Positions 1 through 12,288 of a DNA stretch of 64,000 nucleotides are shown here, piece after piece. The translations under genes and the position numbers were made by a program. Position 1 is the stretch's first letter; every line of letters begins with the position of its first letter. The DNA is taken from assembly GCA_010093705.1 (NCBI GenBank), contig MU006090.1, positions 1,081,817 to 1,145,816 on the forward strand, read 5' to 3'. This DNA comes from Patellaria atrata CBS 101060. Lineage: Eukaryota. The notes beneath the pieces are model-generated. The model saw only the letters and a list, made by a program, of their open reading frames with translations, was not told where the DNA came from and made no database searches.

Positions 1-299
1 TATGCCATCTATGGTCGTCCGCAGTTCACGCTCGCTTTGTGTCTCTGAGTAACCATATCGGTGGGCCGTCCAGACAATTGGCGCAACCCTTGATGATTAC
101 CTCAACCGCCTTTTTGGCCCTTTATCCCACCGTGAAGGTCACCATCAAGGTGAAACAATAGCGTTTTACTCGTAATACGATACCGAAGCCTGGGAGACAC
201 TGGATTGAGTCTGTCTTCGTACACATCCGACCCATGAGCGGAAAGGCGACGACTTAACACTGCGTGCTAGTTCAAAAATAACCATTAATGCTGCAAATG

Positions 300-1301
300 C
301 TACTTGTCAAGCCCTTTAGCTTTAATAAACCGATGGACCTTATCTTTACAGTCTTTCTCGCTATATGTCTCCCACACCTCGTAAAGCGATATCAGCTCCT
401 GAGTACAATCAACTATAGCTTCCACATCGATGGAACTTTCAGCTAACCAATTTACCAACTTCTGCACCCTGCTCTGAGCTCCGGAAGCTCCTATGCCCTG
501 CATATTTCCTAGCGCTTGGAGTGCATTTGACACTCCAACAGAGTGTACTTGTAAAGAGCTCTGCGTTGGTTTGAGCACCACCGAAAGGAAAATGGCCGTA
601 ACGGCAATGATATGAGGAGGATACAGGAGGGGCAAGTCAGTCAGATAGTGATCATTGATGATCGACCAGGCCAAGGATATCTCGTCCTGTGTCAGTGAAA
701 AATTGCCTTGTAAGTCTGTTAGGCTACGGTACGGATGGTGCACGATGAGTTGAGAGTTCATTTCCGCTATCAAACTGAACTCACACTCTCCGAGCTTGGG
801 CGTATCTGCTAGAAAGACGTCTGTAAACATGACTTAGCTTATACAATCATGTCTTGTATTCTCTTTCCTACCTGGCCAGGTATTGCGTGCTTCCGCGACG
901 ACTAGTCTGATATGTTGAGGGCACTCCTCCATTTTACACGCCAAGTAAAGTGCAGTGGCCATCACAAGAAAGGGGTTTGTTCGTCGAATTTCTATCTTTG
1001 TGTAAAACCGACGGAGGTATACCTGGGCTGTAGCTAGAGGCTGCTGTCGAAGGGACATGCGTCTCCCCAGCTTGGTAAATTCTGTTCCATATTGATTAGC
1101 CTCTTGACGAAAGCATGGCTGCTTTATATAGGTGCCCTTACGGTGATAAAAGTATATGTTAAGGTGCCGTCGCTCCGGAAGAGGGTATTGTGATACTAGG
1201 GCACGATCTTTTGCCTCTAACTCGCTCCTGATATTCGCAAGCTGCGCTTTGGAGAACGTCCAGTTCGCCCTTTGGGTCGAATCCCAATAATTCGCTGCCA
1301 T
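300..1301 (-). CDS. SSN8: Cyclin C, subunit of the Mediator CDK8 kinase module (3 exons)
   Basis: N-terminus [10 protein letters not shown]; cyclin box [11 protein letters not shown]...[15 protein letters not shown]-terminal HHPYRSL...[27 protein letters not shown] introns near 1141-1083 and 871-822 join the two ORF-track fragments. Confidence 0.95.
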
Positions 1302-1857
1302 GATGTGGTCACTCAGATTGTATCCTGAAGGGTCTTACGGCCGGATATAGATGGAGCGATTAAGAAGCATATGGACGAGCGAGATCATGGTTACATCCGA
1401 AGTCTAAAGGTTAGTAGTTGAGGATTCTTGATGAAATAGCTCAATAGCTATGGAAACTTGATTCAAGAAGCCATGTGCGCAGAAAGAGAGTATCTGTGGG
1501 AATATCAGATACTTAACTTCTTCCAAACCCGCGCGAGGTGTGGTTAAACCCTCCAACTGCACTTGTCTGGTGCCATTGAGAAGAGACAAGATGACTTGCA
1601 TGAGGAAGTCCATCCGAAGTTGTTCCGAACGATTTTGAGGAGAGACTAATGTCAAATCCCAACCTCTTTAGACTACAGCATCATAGGCTTGGAACTCAGA
1701 ACCCCACTGCTTCACATTCATCTCGAATTCATGCTTCAACTGTATCTTACCGAACCCTTTATCGCATGGTCATACTGCCTCTATAGCTTCTCCTCGATCT
1801 TTGCAGAGCCTGGCTCGAAGCGATGATAGATAAGGGTCCTTTTGATCCCTGGAGAAG

Positions 1858-4047
1858 ATGAGCTACGAGTCTGGCAACGCGCAGGACGCGAGGGTGGAAG
1901 CGCTGTGGGCGACTTTAGATACAAAGAAGGAAGGCCACCTGGATCTTGCTGGCCTAAAGAAGGGACTGAGAAAAATCGATCATCGTACGTCACTCTTTTG
2001 ACCAAGATTCAGACAACCACTGAACAGCCACTATAGCCTTGAAAAACGCGGATAATCTCCTTGCAGACGTGTTAAGACATGTAGACAGAGATAGCGACGG
2101 AAAAATTCAATATCATGGTCAGCCTTTGCCGCACGTTGCTGAGCTTAAACCATCTTCGGCAGCACTAACCAACCACAAGAGTTCGCATCGTTCGTCAAAG
2201 CTGCTGAGAGGGAATTATGGTCTCTGTTCAACAGGATAGATTACAATGGCGATGGTAAAATTGACAGAACTGAACTCCAGAAGGCTTTCCAAAGAGCCAA
2301 GCTGGCTGTACCACAATCAAAGTTAGAGCACTTCTTTGCCGAAATCGATACGAACAACGACGGTACTATTAGTTTCGAAGAATGGCGGTAAGTCACTATT
2401 GACTTTGTCCCCAACGTTACACCACGCTGACGTTCACGATCACAGCGACTTTCTTCTTTTCATCCCCGCCAGCGCACCCAACCTCGAAGCCGTAATGTCA
2501 TATTTTTCCTCCACGGTCAAGGTAAACCCAGAAGGTGATGTCCTCATCAGTGATGACACAATTGAAGGGCTAGGTAAAAAGATACAGTCTCTTAATCGTC
2601 TTTTATTTGGTGCTATAATCGATATTGCCAATTCCACAAAGCAACACACTCGATTCGATCACAGTTCCAGTTCGCGAGTGTACAATATGACAGAGGATGA
2701 AACTGTTTCACCTTCCCCAGACAATGAATTCGACTTTGTCCAAGAGCCTCCCGCCATTGAATTAGATGTCGACAGCGACGTATACATATGGAAAGGTTTA
2801 AAGCCGGTGCTGATTGAATTTGTGCCTCACTCAGGCTATTTCCTGGCGGGAGGCATCTCAGGAATAGTTTCTCGAACGTCCACAGCGCCCCTCGACCGAC
2901 TCAAAGTCTACCTCATCGCCCACATCGGTAACGCCGAAGATTCAATACGAGCGGCGAAATCGGGCGCGGCCATTCAAGCAACCAAAGGAGCGTGGGCAAC
3001 ATTATCGAATGCTGCTAAAGACCTTTGGGCTGCTGGGGGAATGAGAAGTTTATTTGCTGGTATGCACGAAAATTGGTCCATAGGTTAACCTTCCGCTGAC
3101 CACCCATAGGCAACGGTTTGAATGTTGTTAAGGTCATGCCAGAATCCGCTGTGAAATTTGGTTCATACGAAGTAAGTTTTGCACCCTGTATAGTTGGATG
3201 AAGCTTTAATCATAACTTGTAGGCTGCAAAACGACTTGCGGCGAGAATAGAAGGCCACAGCGACCCGAAACAAATCCACTCCTGGTCCAAATTCATATGC
3301 GGAGGGACTAGCGGCATGGTATCTCAGTAAGCATAAGGCCCCTGGGTACGTTAATATCGTATACTTACGATGCTTAGGTTCGTTGTCTATCCGTTAGATA
3401 CTTTGAAATTGTAAGTCTCACTAGTGTCGCTTGAAGTCGTCAACTAATATGCTCAAGTCGTATGCAATGTGAAACCGTTAAAGGTGGTCTTCATGGCAAT
3501 CGCCTTATTATTGCTACTGCAAAGAAAATGTGGACTAAAGACGGTTTCCGTTCTTTTTACCGTGGCCTTCCAATGGGTCTTGCTGGAATGTTTCCCTACG
3601 CAGCCCTCGATCTTGGGACTTTCGAATATCTCAAAAAAACTATATCCCAACACAACGCGAAAAAGCGCGGTGTTCACGAAGAGCAAGCCATGCCTGGAAG
3701 CGTCGCAACTGCAGCCATCGGAGGCTTCAGTGGGGCGTTTGGAGCAAGCATGGTCTACCCGATGAACCTTATCAGGACAAGGTTGCAGAGTCAGGGCACA
3801 GTACAGCATCCCAGAACTTATACGGGTATTTGGGATGTGCTACATCAGACTGTGAAGGGTGAGGGGATCAGAGGTCTGTTTAAGGGGCTAACCCCGAACT
3901 TGTTGAAAGTCGTACCTGCCGTATCGATTGTGAGTCCTTTCGAGTTCCTCCCTTATTCAAGCTACGTTCAAATTTCTTGATAAACTAACGTTGTACTAGA
4001 CATATGTCGTATACGAGAATTCCAAAAAGATGATGCAACTCAAATGA
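1858..4047 (+). CDS. SAL1: Calcium-binding (EF-hand) mitochondrial carrier, SCaMC/Sal1 type ATP-Mg/Pi carrier, multi-exon
   Basis: ATG 1858 gives MSYESGNAQDARVEALWATLDTKKEGHLD. EF-hand loops DRDSDGKI, DYNGDGKID and DTNNDGTISFEEW. Carrier signatures TAPLDRLKV, YPLDTLK and YPMNLIRTRLQ. Stop TGA at 4045-4047. Confidence 0.92.
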
Positions 4048-4338
4048 TAAATCATTATTTGTTTTTACTCGCAACTCCCATACTCCTATTTCCCTACAAA
4101 TCATGAAAAACGAAGATACCCTATACCCCATCATCATACATTTTACAGAGAAGGTGGCCTCACCGTTTCAGCTTGTAATTACCCTAAACTCAGAGCCGGC
4201 ATTACATGTATATTAAAGCATAGCGTGAAGATGGGTGGCAGGATTGGAATAGAAAGACCGTAGAGTACAGTACAATCGCATCAAAGATTCCTAAAATTTC
4301 CGTGGTTCATAATCGATATCTTATTTTCTATATCCTAC

Positions 4339-5767
4339 TCAAAGCTTCACACTGTCCCTCCCATCACTAGGTCTCCTGACTGGCGGCATCGCACCTCCTC
4401 CCGCTCCCGTCCCCACTCCATTTCCACTCGGCCCAACACTCCCCACCCGTCCTCCGCCATTGGTGGTACCGGTAGCTCTGCTGGCCATCAGCCTTGCGCT
4501 CAGAAGCCAATACACCTGCGCCCTTAATCCCGCCACCGCGGCGTTGAGGTGCAAGCTGTCCTCTTTCGCCCTCTGCGATTCGTTCAGCAGCATCATCATG
4601 CTCCGGGCATCGAGGTCGTTGACTTGCGCAGACAGGCGAGAGAGGTCGTTACGGAGGGACTCATGCAGGGATAGAAGGTGCGAGGTCGGGCCGTCGATGG
4701 GGTCTGCATCCTGTGGCGGGTTCGGGTTCGTCGAGTTAACGGCGTCGGGGTTAGATGGGGGGAAGGTAGATAGGTGTGAAGAGGAGGTGTTGTCCGAGGG
4801 GTAGAGGAGAGATTGAAGGGTGTTGAGGTTTGATTCGAGGAGTTTGAGTTTCTCGTTTACGCTGTCGTGGAGGTCTGTGAGCTTGGTTCTCAAGGTGCTG
4901 GTTTCAGCTTCTTGCTCTTCTTGACGTTTTGCTTGGGAGGTAAGGGTGGGTGTCATGAGCGCTATTGGGCATGTGCGAGCGTGGGCTGCTGTTCCGGGGC
5001 GTAGTGCTAGGAATGGGCAGCCGTACGGGTGCCCGGGACATGGGATGGTGTTTTGAGGGCATATATCGGCGATATGGAGTGGTAGAGCTTGGGAAGGGAG
5101 CGTGAGTTTGCAATGAGGGCATTCACTCTCGGCCATGAGGCATGATCCCCTTTTATGTTCCTGTTCCTGGGGGTCAGATTGCTTTTTGAGCCTAGATGAG
5201 CAGTCTTACGTCGAGGTCTTTTTTCATATATCGCCCGTCGCACTTATTACATGCAACTTCAACATGTAGACAATCCTCCTTTTCATACTTCCTCGCTATC
5301 TTTTCACAACAGCCTTCCTTTTGGCAAGGTACCAAAGTCAACTCGCAATACCGATCCAAATGGTCCTGCACCTCTGCCCTCTTCCCCGTCCACTCACACC
5401 CTTCCTCTTGGTTCGGACACTTGACAACCAGATCGTCCAACATCCTGAGTATAATCCTCGGTATGTTCATCCTCTCCTCCGGCTTCTCCAACGGTGTCCT
5501 GCACTCGGGACATGTATTTTTCCTCCTTAAGTGCAACTGCGCCCATCTTGTGGTTTCGGCTTCTAGGCTGCTTGTCAGGCAATCCTCGCAGAAGATGTGG
5601 TCGCAGGGGAGCCGAGCGGGCTTTTCTAGTGGACAGCGGCAGATAGGACAGTAGAGGTGAGGGTCGCAGCTGGATATATACTCTAAGGATAGTAGGTCCA
5701 GGTGAGGTCTGGAGGGCTTGTCTTGTTCCTTAGGTGAGAGCTGCTGTGATGTGTTCATGACTGGCAT
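4339..5767 (-). CDS. RING finger + TRAF-type zinc finger + coiled-coil protein (probable E3 ubiquitin ligase), 2 exons
   Basis: C3HC4 RING CPIC...CDHIFCEDC...CPECR; TRAF/Siah-like fingers VKCPNQEEGCEW...HLDRYC and CPGHPYGC...HARTC; GTAAGA donor after KKDLD near 5210. Confidence 0.85.
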
Positions 5768-6318
5768 AACTTGAGATCTTGATTAAAGGCGCAATGACAT
5801 GAGTCCTGGCGCCAAATGAGTGTATTGAATCGCTTTCTCTATGGTAAGGCGTATCCGTCCAACCCTACTGTCGTCATAAGTACATGTCCTTGACCGAGGA
5901 ACACTGAAACTGCGGGGGAAGAGTGGAGAGGTTCTAAGGAGGGAAATTTTAAGAAATATATATCCTAAGTTCTTGTATGCGCCATGCGGCCGTGTTGAAA
6001 AGTAAGCTGATGGTATTGGTGTGTCCAGAATTAGGTGAGGTGATGAGGTTGAATGACTTCTATGTTCAGACTCCTTGCTGAAGATCTCACGACCTCGGAT
6101 TCGGATGGGAACAATGCAGGACCAACCTAAAACGTAGCTTGCATCAACCAGGAACACAACGTCACCGAAGACGAACTCGACTACATGTTACTTCGGGAGT
6201 ACTTATTGGATGATAACTGTAGCTATACAATATAACCCGTCCTGCTTTGTAGGCCCGTTTCTCTGAGCTTATCGTCTGATACCCTCCATCTCCTCATACC
6301 CCCTCACTTTCCGCAAAC

Positions 6319-7213
6319 ATGACTACGAATCCATCGCAACTCTTCCTTCTCGCCGACCATATCAAACTCTCTCTCCTCGAACGGCAACGAGCCATATCCC
6401 TAAACCTCGAGCCAAGCGCACATGACGGACAGATATCCCGATCCCTCCAACAGCTAGAATCAGGCATCGAAGCGCTCGAGCAGTCGGAAGATGAGTACGT
6501 ACTCTCTAGTCCCCTTCAACTTTCTCGATACACTTTTCTCTACCTGCTTCGAATTCTGCGGCTAACGTGCGCGTCCCGTCAGGTCTCTCCACACCCAACT
6601 CCCCCTCCTCCGCTCTCAATATAACGACCTCTCCGCTCAATTCTCTGGCTCAACCCCTTTAAATCCATCCACCCTAACCTCCCCTAACGATGCGTCCCTC
6701 GAGTCCGACTTCAGCGCTGCCCGATCACGACCCTCAATTTCACCCTCACGGCTAAAGTCCCCCACCACCATAAACCCCTCTAAATCCGTGCGCTTCAGAG
6801 ATGCCCCCTCACCTACTCGTGCCCAATCCCCTCACCCTTCCGGAGCCGCTCTATTTCCATACCGTGACGATCCCACCTCGGAAGATGTAGAAGACCCCAC
6901 CGCGCATCTCGACAACCAGCAAATTCATGCCTATCACGCCTCCGTGCTCCGCGAACAGGACGAGCAACTGGACCTCCTCGGAGCGTCGATCGGACGGCAA
7001 CGCGAACTTTCTATCGCAATCGGCAATGAGCTTGATGATCACGCGATGCTGCTAGACGAGGTAGACGAGGGGATCGAGCGGCATATGTCGCAGTTGGACC
7101 GCGCGAAGGGGAAGTTAAATGGAGTTGGGAGGAAGGCAAAGGAGAATTGGAGTGCTATGGTTATTGTGATACTCATTATTATATTGGTGTTGTTGATTGT
7201 GATTACGAAATGA
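6319..7213 (+). CDS. SYN8: Endosomal SNARE, syntaxin-8 family
   Basis: N-terminal LLADHIKLSLLERQRA; SNARE motif EQDEQLDLLGASIGRQRELSIAIGNELDDH; C-terminal transmembrane anchor VIVILIIILVLLIVITK; intron at about 6495-6582. Confidence 0.88.
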
Positions 7214-7847
7214 GGAGATGGGCGGATGGAGGAGAGTGGCTCGGAATGGTAGAGTTAGGATTCATGCTTCTTCAAGAGGACGCAGGAGGTCATGCGTTTG
7301 CATAATACCATTTAAAATGACTGTGCGGTGTATGAATACATGTGAGAGTTATAAGGTGTATATCGTATTTCACAGATCTTTACGGCCTCTGAGCCGGGAT
7401 ACCAGCTTACATTTTCAGTTTCCATAAAGTACATAGCATTCAACGAGTCTTGTCTCGATTCGAGGTGAAGACCTCAGACAAATTTCAAAGTTTCAAGCGT
7501 TATGACTAGAACAGATGACAGTTAGGCCTAGCATCTAGCTATTCTGTCACTAGAAGCGTTGACGAGCATGTGGGTAGTCATATCATTTCCCTCTCCCTAG
7601 TTCTAGACAGCAACGTAGCTTTAGAGCTATTTATATAGATTTTGAAAATAATACTTGATAACCAAAATTCAAACAATAAAACCATTCATACTCTTATATC
7701 GAGTATATTTCACAGCTTCATCTTTTCTTTGACGCTGCTATCGATACAGCAGCGTACCTCCACCTTCCCCAATCCAGCATCCAAGGATCCGAGCACTGAA
7801 CATTTTCGACGAAAACACCAACCATACTCCCCACACGACCGTCCACA

Positions 7848-8339
7848 ATGGCAACTCCACTCACCGAATACGTAACTCTCGTCTCTAACGACGGCTTTGA
7901 ATTCAAAGTGCAACGATCCAGCGCCATCCTCTCCGGAGCGATCAAGCGGATGTTAGATCCGAACAGTATGCCTTCCCAACCATCATCAGATCCCTTTCCC
8001 TATAGCAGTGACACTAACACCCTCAAGACGGCTTCACCGAAGCCCGAACGAACCGATGCGTTTTCGAGAACCTCAAGTGCGTGTTCTCCCCTCCCTATCT
8101 CATTGATGACGGTGGTGTAGATGTAGAGTTGCTGATATGATGGATAATTCAGTGGTGTTGTCCTCGAGAAAGTATGCGAGTACTTCTACTACAACGAAAA
8201 GCACAAGGACGCAAAGGACGTGCCGGATATGGAGATCCCGCCTGAGTTGTGCTTGGAGTTGCTTATGGCCGCTGATTATCTGAATGGTGAGTACTGCCGG
8301 CTATTTTGTTGTTCATAATGCTTATTTGTGGTAGTGTAA
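7848..8339 (+). CDS. ELC1: Elongin C (Skp1/POZ family), 4 exons
   Basis: YVTLVSNDGFEF...SGAIKRML; spliced VLEKVCEYFYYN...IPPELCLELLMAADYL; the final 5-nt coding exon at 8335-8339 supplies V-stop. Confidence 0.93.
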
Positions 8340-8906
8340 TGGGCATATGGATATGGGATGGAGTTCGGATGGCAAGGGTTCATGATAATCATAAGTCTTG
8401 CATGGTATTACGGCGTTGATACTGAGACGGTCCTGCAAGGGAAATGTGGGTTGCATTGATTTCATTACCTATAGTCAATCAAGCATTCTCCTAATCAGTC
8501 AGGAGGTTAAACAACTTCCCTACACTTTCTTTATCAAGATACTCTATGAATACCCTTATAAACGACTCAATGCTAGGAGTCACTAGACTCCCACATATGT
8601 AAAAGTCGGACGCACCACGAGCATATACGTTCAGTTGCCAATTCACAACTCGAAAGTCTATAGTTGGTTGCAAGATTGAATTCCTGTCTACTCAGTTCGC
8701 TGCCCCACACTCATGGCATACGGACTATTTTTTCCAGGACACATTCTACTCTTTATTTGTTTCACTCCATCTCAGTAGAGTACTCTCATTCTTCATTCCC
8801 ATTTCGAACAAGATTACCTTAACATTGTCTCTGGTCTCCTATCAAGCAAGTTCAGCATAGTTGATCAAACTCGAATTCCATGACTAATTGAACATGAACT
8901 CCATAA

Positions 8907-10267
8907 CTAATAGAACATAAATTCCATAGCAGAGTAAAGAGATCCATGCGGCGTAACCACCTTGGTCAATTTCAAGCCGGGATCAACTTTGGCAACAAGC
9001 TCCTTCCATTCTTCAAGTTCTCTCTCCTTGGAATTGAAGCAACTCCACATTTGGATGTCCTGGGCTCTAACCAGCCTTTCTTGAAGCACCGATACAGCTC
9101 CTGGGAGCGGAACGATCCGTTCATAGATGACCATCCTGGTACCATTCTTCTTCTTCAGCGCCGGTAGCAGATTTTCGACGATCTTGATCGCGTATTTGTC
9201 TGGATAGTCGTGTAGGATGCAACGTAGGAGATAGATATCCCCGTCGGACGTTTGCGGTTCGAAGAAATTATGCGCGAGAAAGTTGAACCTATCTTTCAAC
9301 TCTGGCCTGTTCTCTAGTAACACCTTTTGACCTTGTTGAACAACCTCGGGAAGGTCCTCAACAACGAAGTCAAAATCCGGCACCACGTCTGCGATCACCA
9401 TGCTGGTGTGACCAATAGAGCCACCCACATCTACGAGTGTCGCCTTGCCCAGGTCATTCCAACGACATTCTTGGGCCACTTCTTTCATAATCCAGTCCTG
9501 TCCGGCAGCGAAACTCATCATCAACTTCCCAAATTTAGCGACCGCGGCTGGCTTTTGCGATATGAATTGGAAAAATGGAAGATCGGTCTTCAAGGAAAGA
9601 TTGTACGATGTCTCATTCAATTCTTGGGATCCAGGCCATTTCTCCACCGCAGGCGCGAACTGGTCCGCGCAATGGAAGAGCCATTCAGCAGTGAGATCGC
9701 ACAATGAGATTGCTGAAGAATCAAGAAGTAGGCGAGAACGTGCGGTGTGCGCGACATACCCCGGCTGAGGCTCATGGAAGACGAAACTCGTCATGCTGTA
9801 ACGGACCATACGGCGTAGAATATCGATAGGAGTTCCGGTCGCTGAAGCAAGTTCCTCGAATGTAATCGTCTTGTCCAGCGGAACGGCCTGAGCGACCTTG
9901 AAGTGGTGCACCCATTGGAATACACCGAGATCCAGGTACTGTTCATCACGTTAGACACATGCAATTCATCAAATGAGGATAAACATACGTGTGCCTGCAG
10001 GCCCATTCCGAACGTGTGCACCGGGGCCGAAATGAGCGCCTGTACTTTGTGGCATGCGTTGAGGATGTCATCACGAGCAGCGTCTAATTCCGGAGCGAAG
10101 AGCGCAGGAGATGGGTCGTTCAAGATCGATGGCTGCGGTAAGTTCTTTTCCGCAAGAAATGACTTGATGGTATTCGCAGAGACCAAGATGCTAATTGCGG
10201 TGTTGATCAGATCATCGACATCCGCATTTAGAACCATGTTGCCGTTAGCAGTATTGCTGTTAGCCAT
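8907..10267 (-). CDS. SAM-dependent O-methyltransferase (Methyltransf_2 type, typical of fungal secondary metabolism), 2 exons
   Basis: SAM-binding VDVGGSIG; HNFFEPQ; catalytic CILHDYPD; N-terminal winged-helix region ITFEELA...LRRMVR...VAHT; C-terminal KERELEEW. Confidence 0.9.
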
Positions 10268-12288
10268 GTTTGTTTGATGTGGTGTTTAGAAAGAAGAAAG
10301 AATCTGGAGCTTCGTGCCTCTTAAATATTGGCCTGAGGGTTTGGCGCTTCCACATCTGGATCATGATCCATCGCCCTTTCTGTCTCTGTGAAGTTACTCA
10401 GTACTCCGGGACTTTGTCAGGTGGCACTACGCGATTGTTTTGAGCATCTTGATTCCAAGGCACGCGTCTTTGTACCAGTCCTAGAATAAGGTAAACTATA
10501 CACTTTCAAAGGTCATGGATGGTCTTCATAAACCTCAAGGGACCACTTCGGCTGTTACACTAAGATCTGGTTATGTAGGACTAGGATCGGGCAAGACTCT
10601 AATGTGTACGTCTGTAAGACGAAGCCGTTGAAAAGGGGAATTTTACACCTCGAAACAACATCTTCCGTTTCAAGAGGCGTCCACCTCATGACCGTCGAAA
10701 ATAGCTGGCTGGTGTTGTAATACCTTACACCTCTGAACTATTTCACGTCTACCCTATCTTATGTTCACCAGAACTGTATCAACACAACGCTCAGCGGTGG
10801 AACGTTCAACCGGTACGTAGTCAAACGTAGTACTACTCCGACATATCAACTAGAAATATACTTCCTCTACTCACACTTGAAATTCTGGTATACTACTCCG
10901 ACGAGTTATCCATTCAAACTCTTACACTCGAGTCTACGGCAACAACCAAGATTCTAGAATCCCTAATGTATCACAATAGATATGAGTCTCAGGCATCCTA
11001 GTGACCTTACCCAAGTAACCTATATAACTAGGTCTATACTACAGTACTCTCCAGTACTTTCAACAATCACTCTGAGTTCATAACCCCAAAGCACATGATC
11101 AAACACACCTCTCACGAACTACTCCTAACGCATCACAAAATCATCCAAACCTTCCCTCTCTTCCCCAACCCATAAATAGAATTCCCCCTCCTCCCATTCT
11201 ATCCTAACCACACCCCGGGCCCAGCCACATCGGCTCCCCAGATCCTGCACCCCGCGCGGATCGCTTCGCACGCGAGACTCCTCCTTCGCTCCCCGGTTCG
11301 CCCATCTACCCATATTAAAAACGCTGCGCCATATTTTCCCAAATGAAAAGATGACGTTTCCACGCTAACAATATTGCTATTAACAGACTCGCGCTGGAAC
11401 CGGGTTAGTTATGGGCGACGGACGGGACCTTGCGGCGAGTGAAATGAGGCTTGTGCCACAGGCTGATCTCGATCGTCGGTTATGGGTAATAGGTAGGACT
11501 TATTTTTTTCTGTAGGGTACGATAGTCGACGGGGAAAGAGGGTACACAGGAGTGAGGTAAAGTGGGAAAAGGGGGTAGAGTATCACTGTACACATATATT
11601 TGTGATTTGGGTGATTCGATTGAATCTTGATATCTATCGATCTTCCTCTGCGGTTTCATCGACCGCTGCAGTGCTTGGACTTGCTATCATACCACGTCAA
11701 ACACAACCTCTCCATCGTTCAAAAGCAAAGTACAAGTGCCTGCCATCCGCAAAACTGTCAATAGCTCCCCCGAAAGGAGAGTTCATTGTCCCAAAATCCA
11801 GTACGCCGCTAGAAGCGTGATTCGCTTCACAAAAACCGTAATCCAGTACTCCCTCTGATGATGTGATGTAGCAGAAGTCCACGAATATCCAAACAAAAAC
11901 TCCAGGGACTATCCCATTGCATTGAAGTCCCAAGCCATGAAGGAAATGAAGAGTCCAGATGCAGATTATAAAACGCTAAAAGGGTATAGAAAACACAGGG
12001 GTAGAAACAAAGGGCATCTCATTTCCTAAACTTTTTTTCTTACTTGTGGTTTTATTCTTTTGCTTTCGCTTTCATGGTGGTCATCATAGTTATAGCGGCC
12101 GTAAGTGGCTGAGATACTTCACTAAAGGGTGAAACCGGAAGACAATAGCTAGAAAACGAAAGATTGGTTCCCAACTCGTCAGTGCTGAATGCGACAGGGA
12201 AACGGGATCGGAGGTCTCAAGGCCGGAAAAGTAGTAAACGGCCAGTGATGGTAAGACTGAGGTGAAGATAAAGGACTGAGTCGAAACT

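Noticed and set aside
11125..11933. Short ORFs between the OMT and MED19
   Set aside because: No motifs or coherent splice structure; partly explained as MED19 3' UTR or intergenic DNA.
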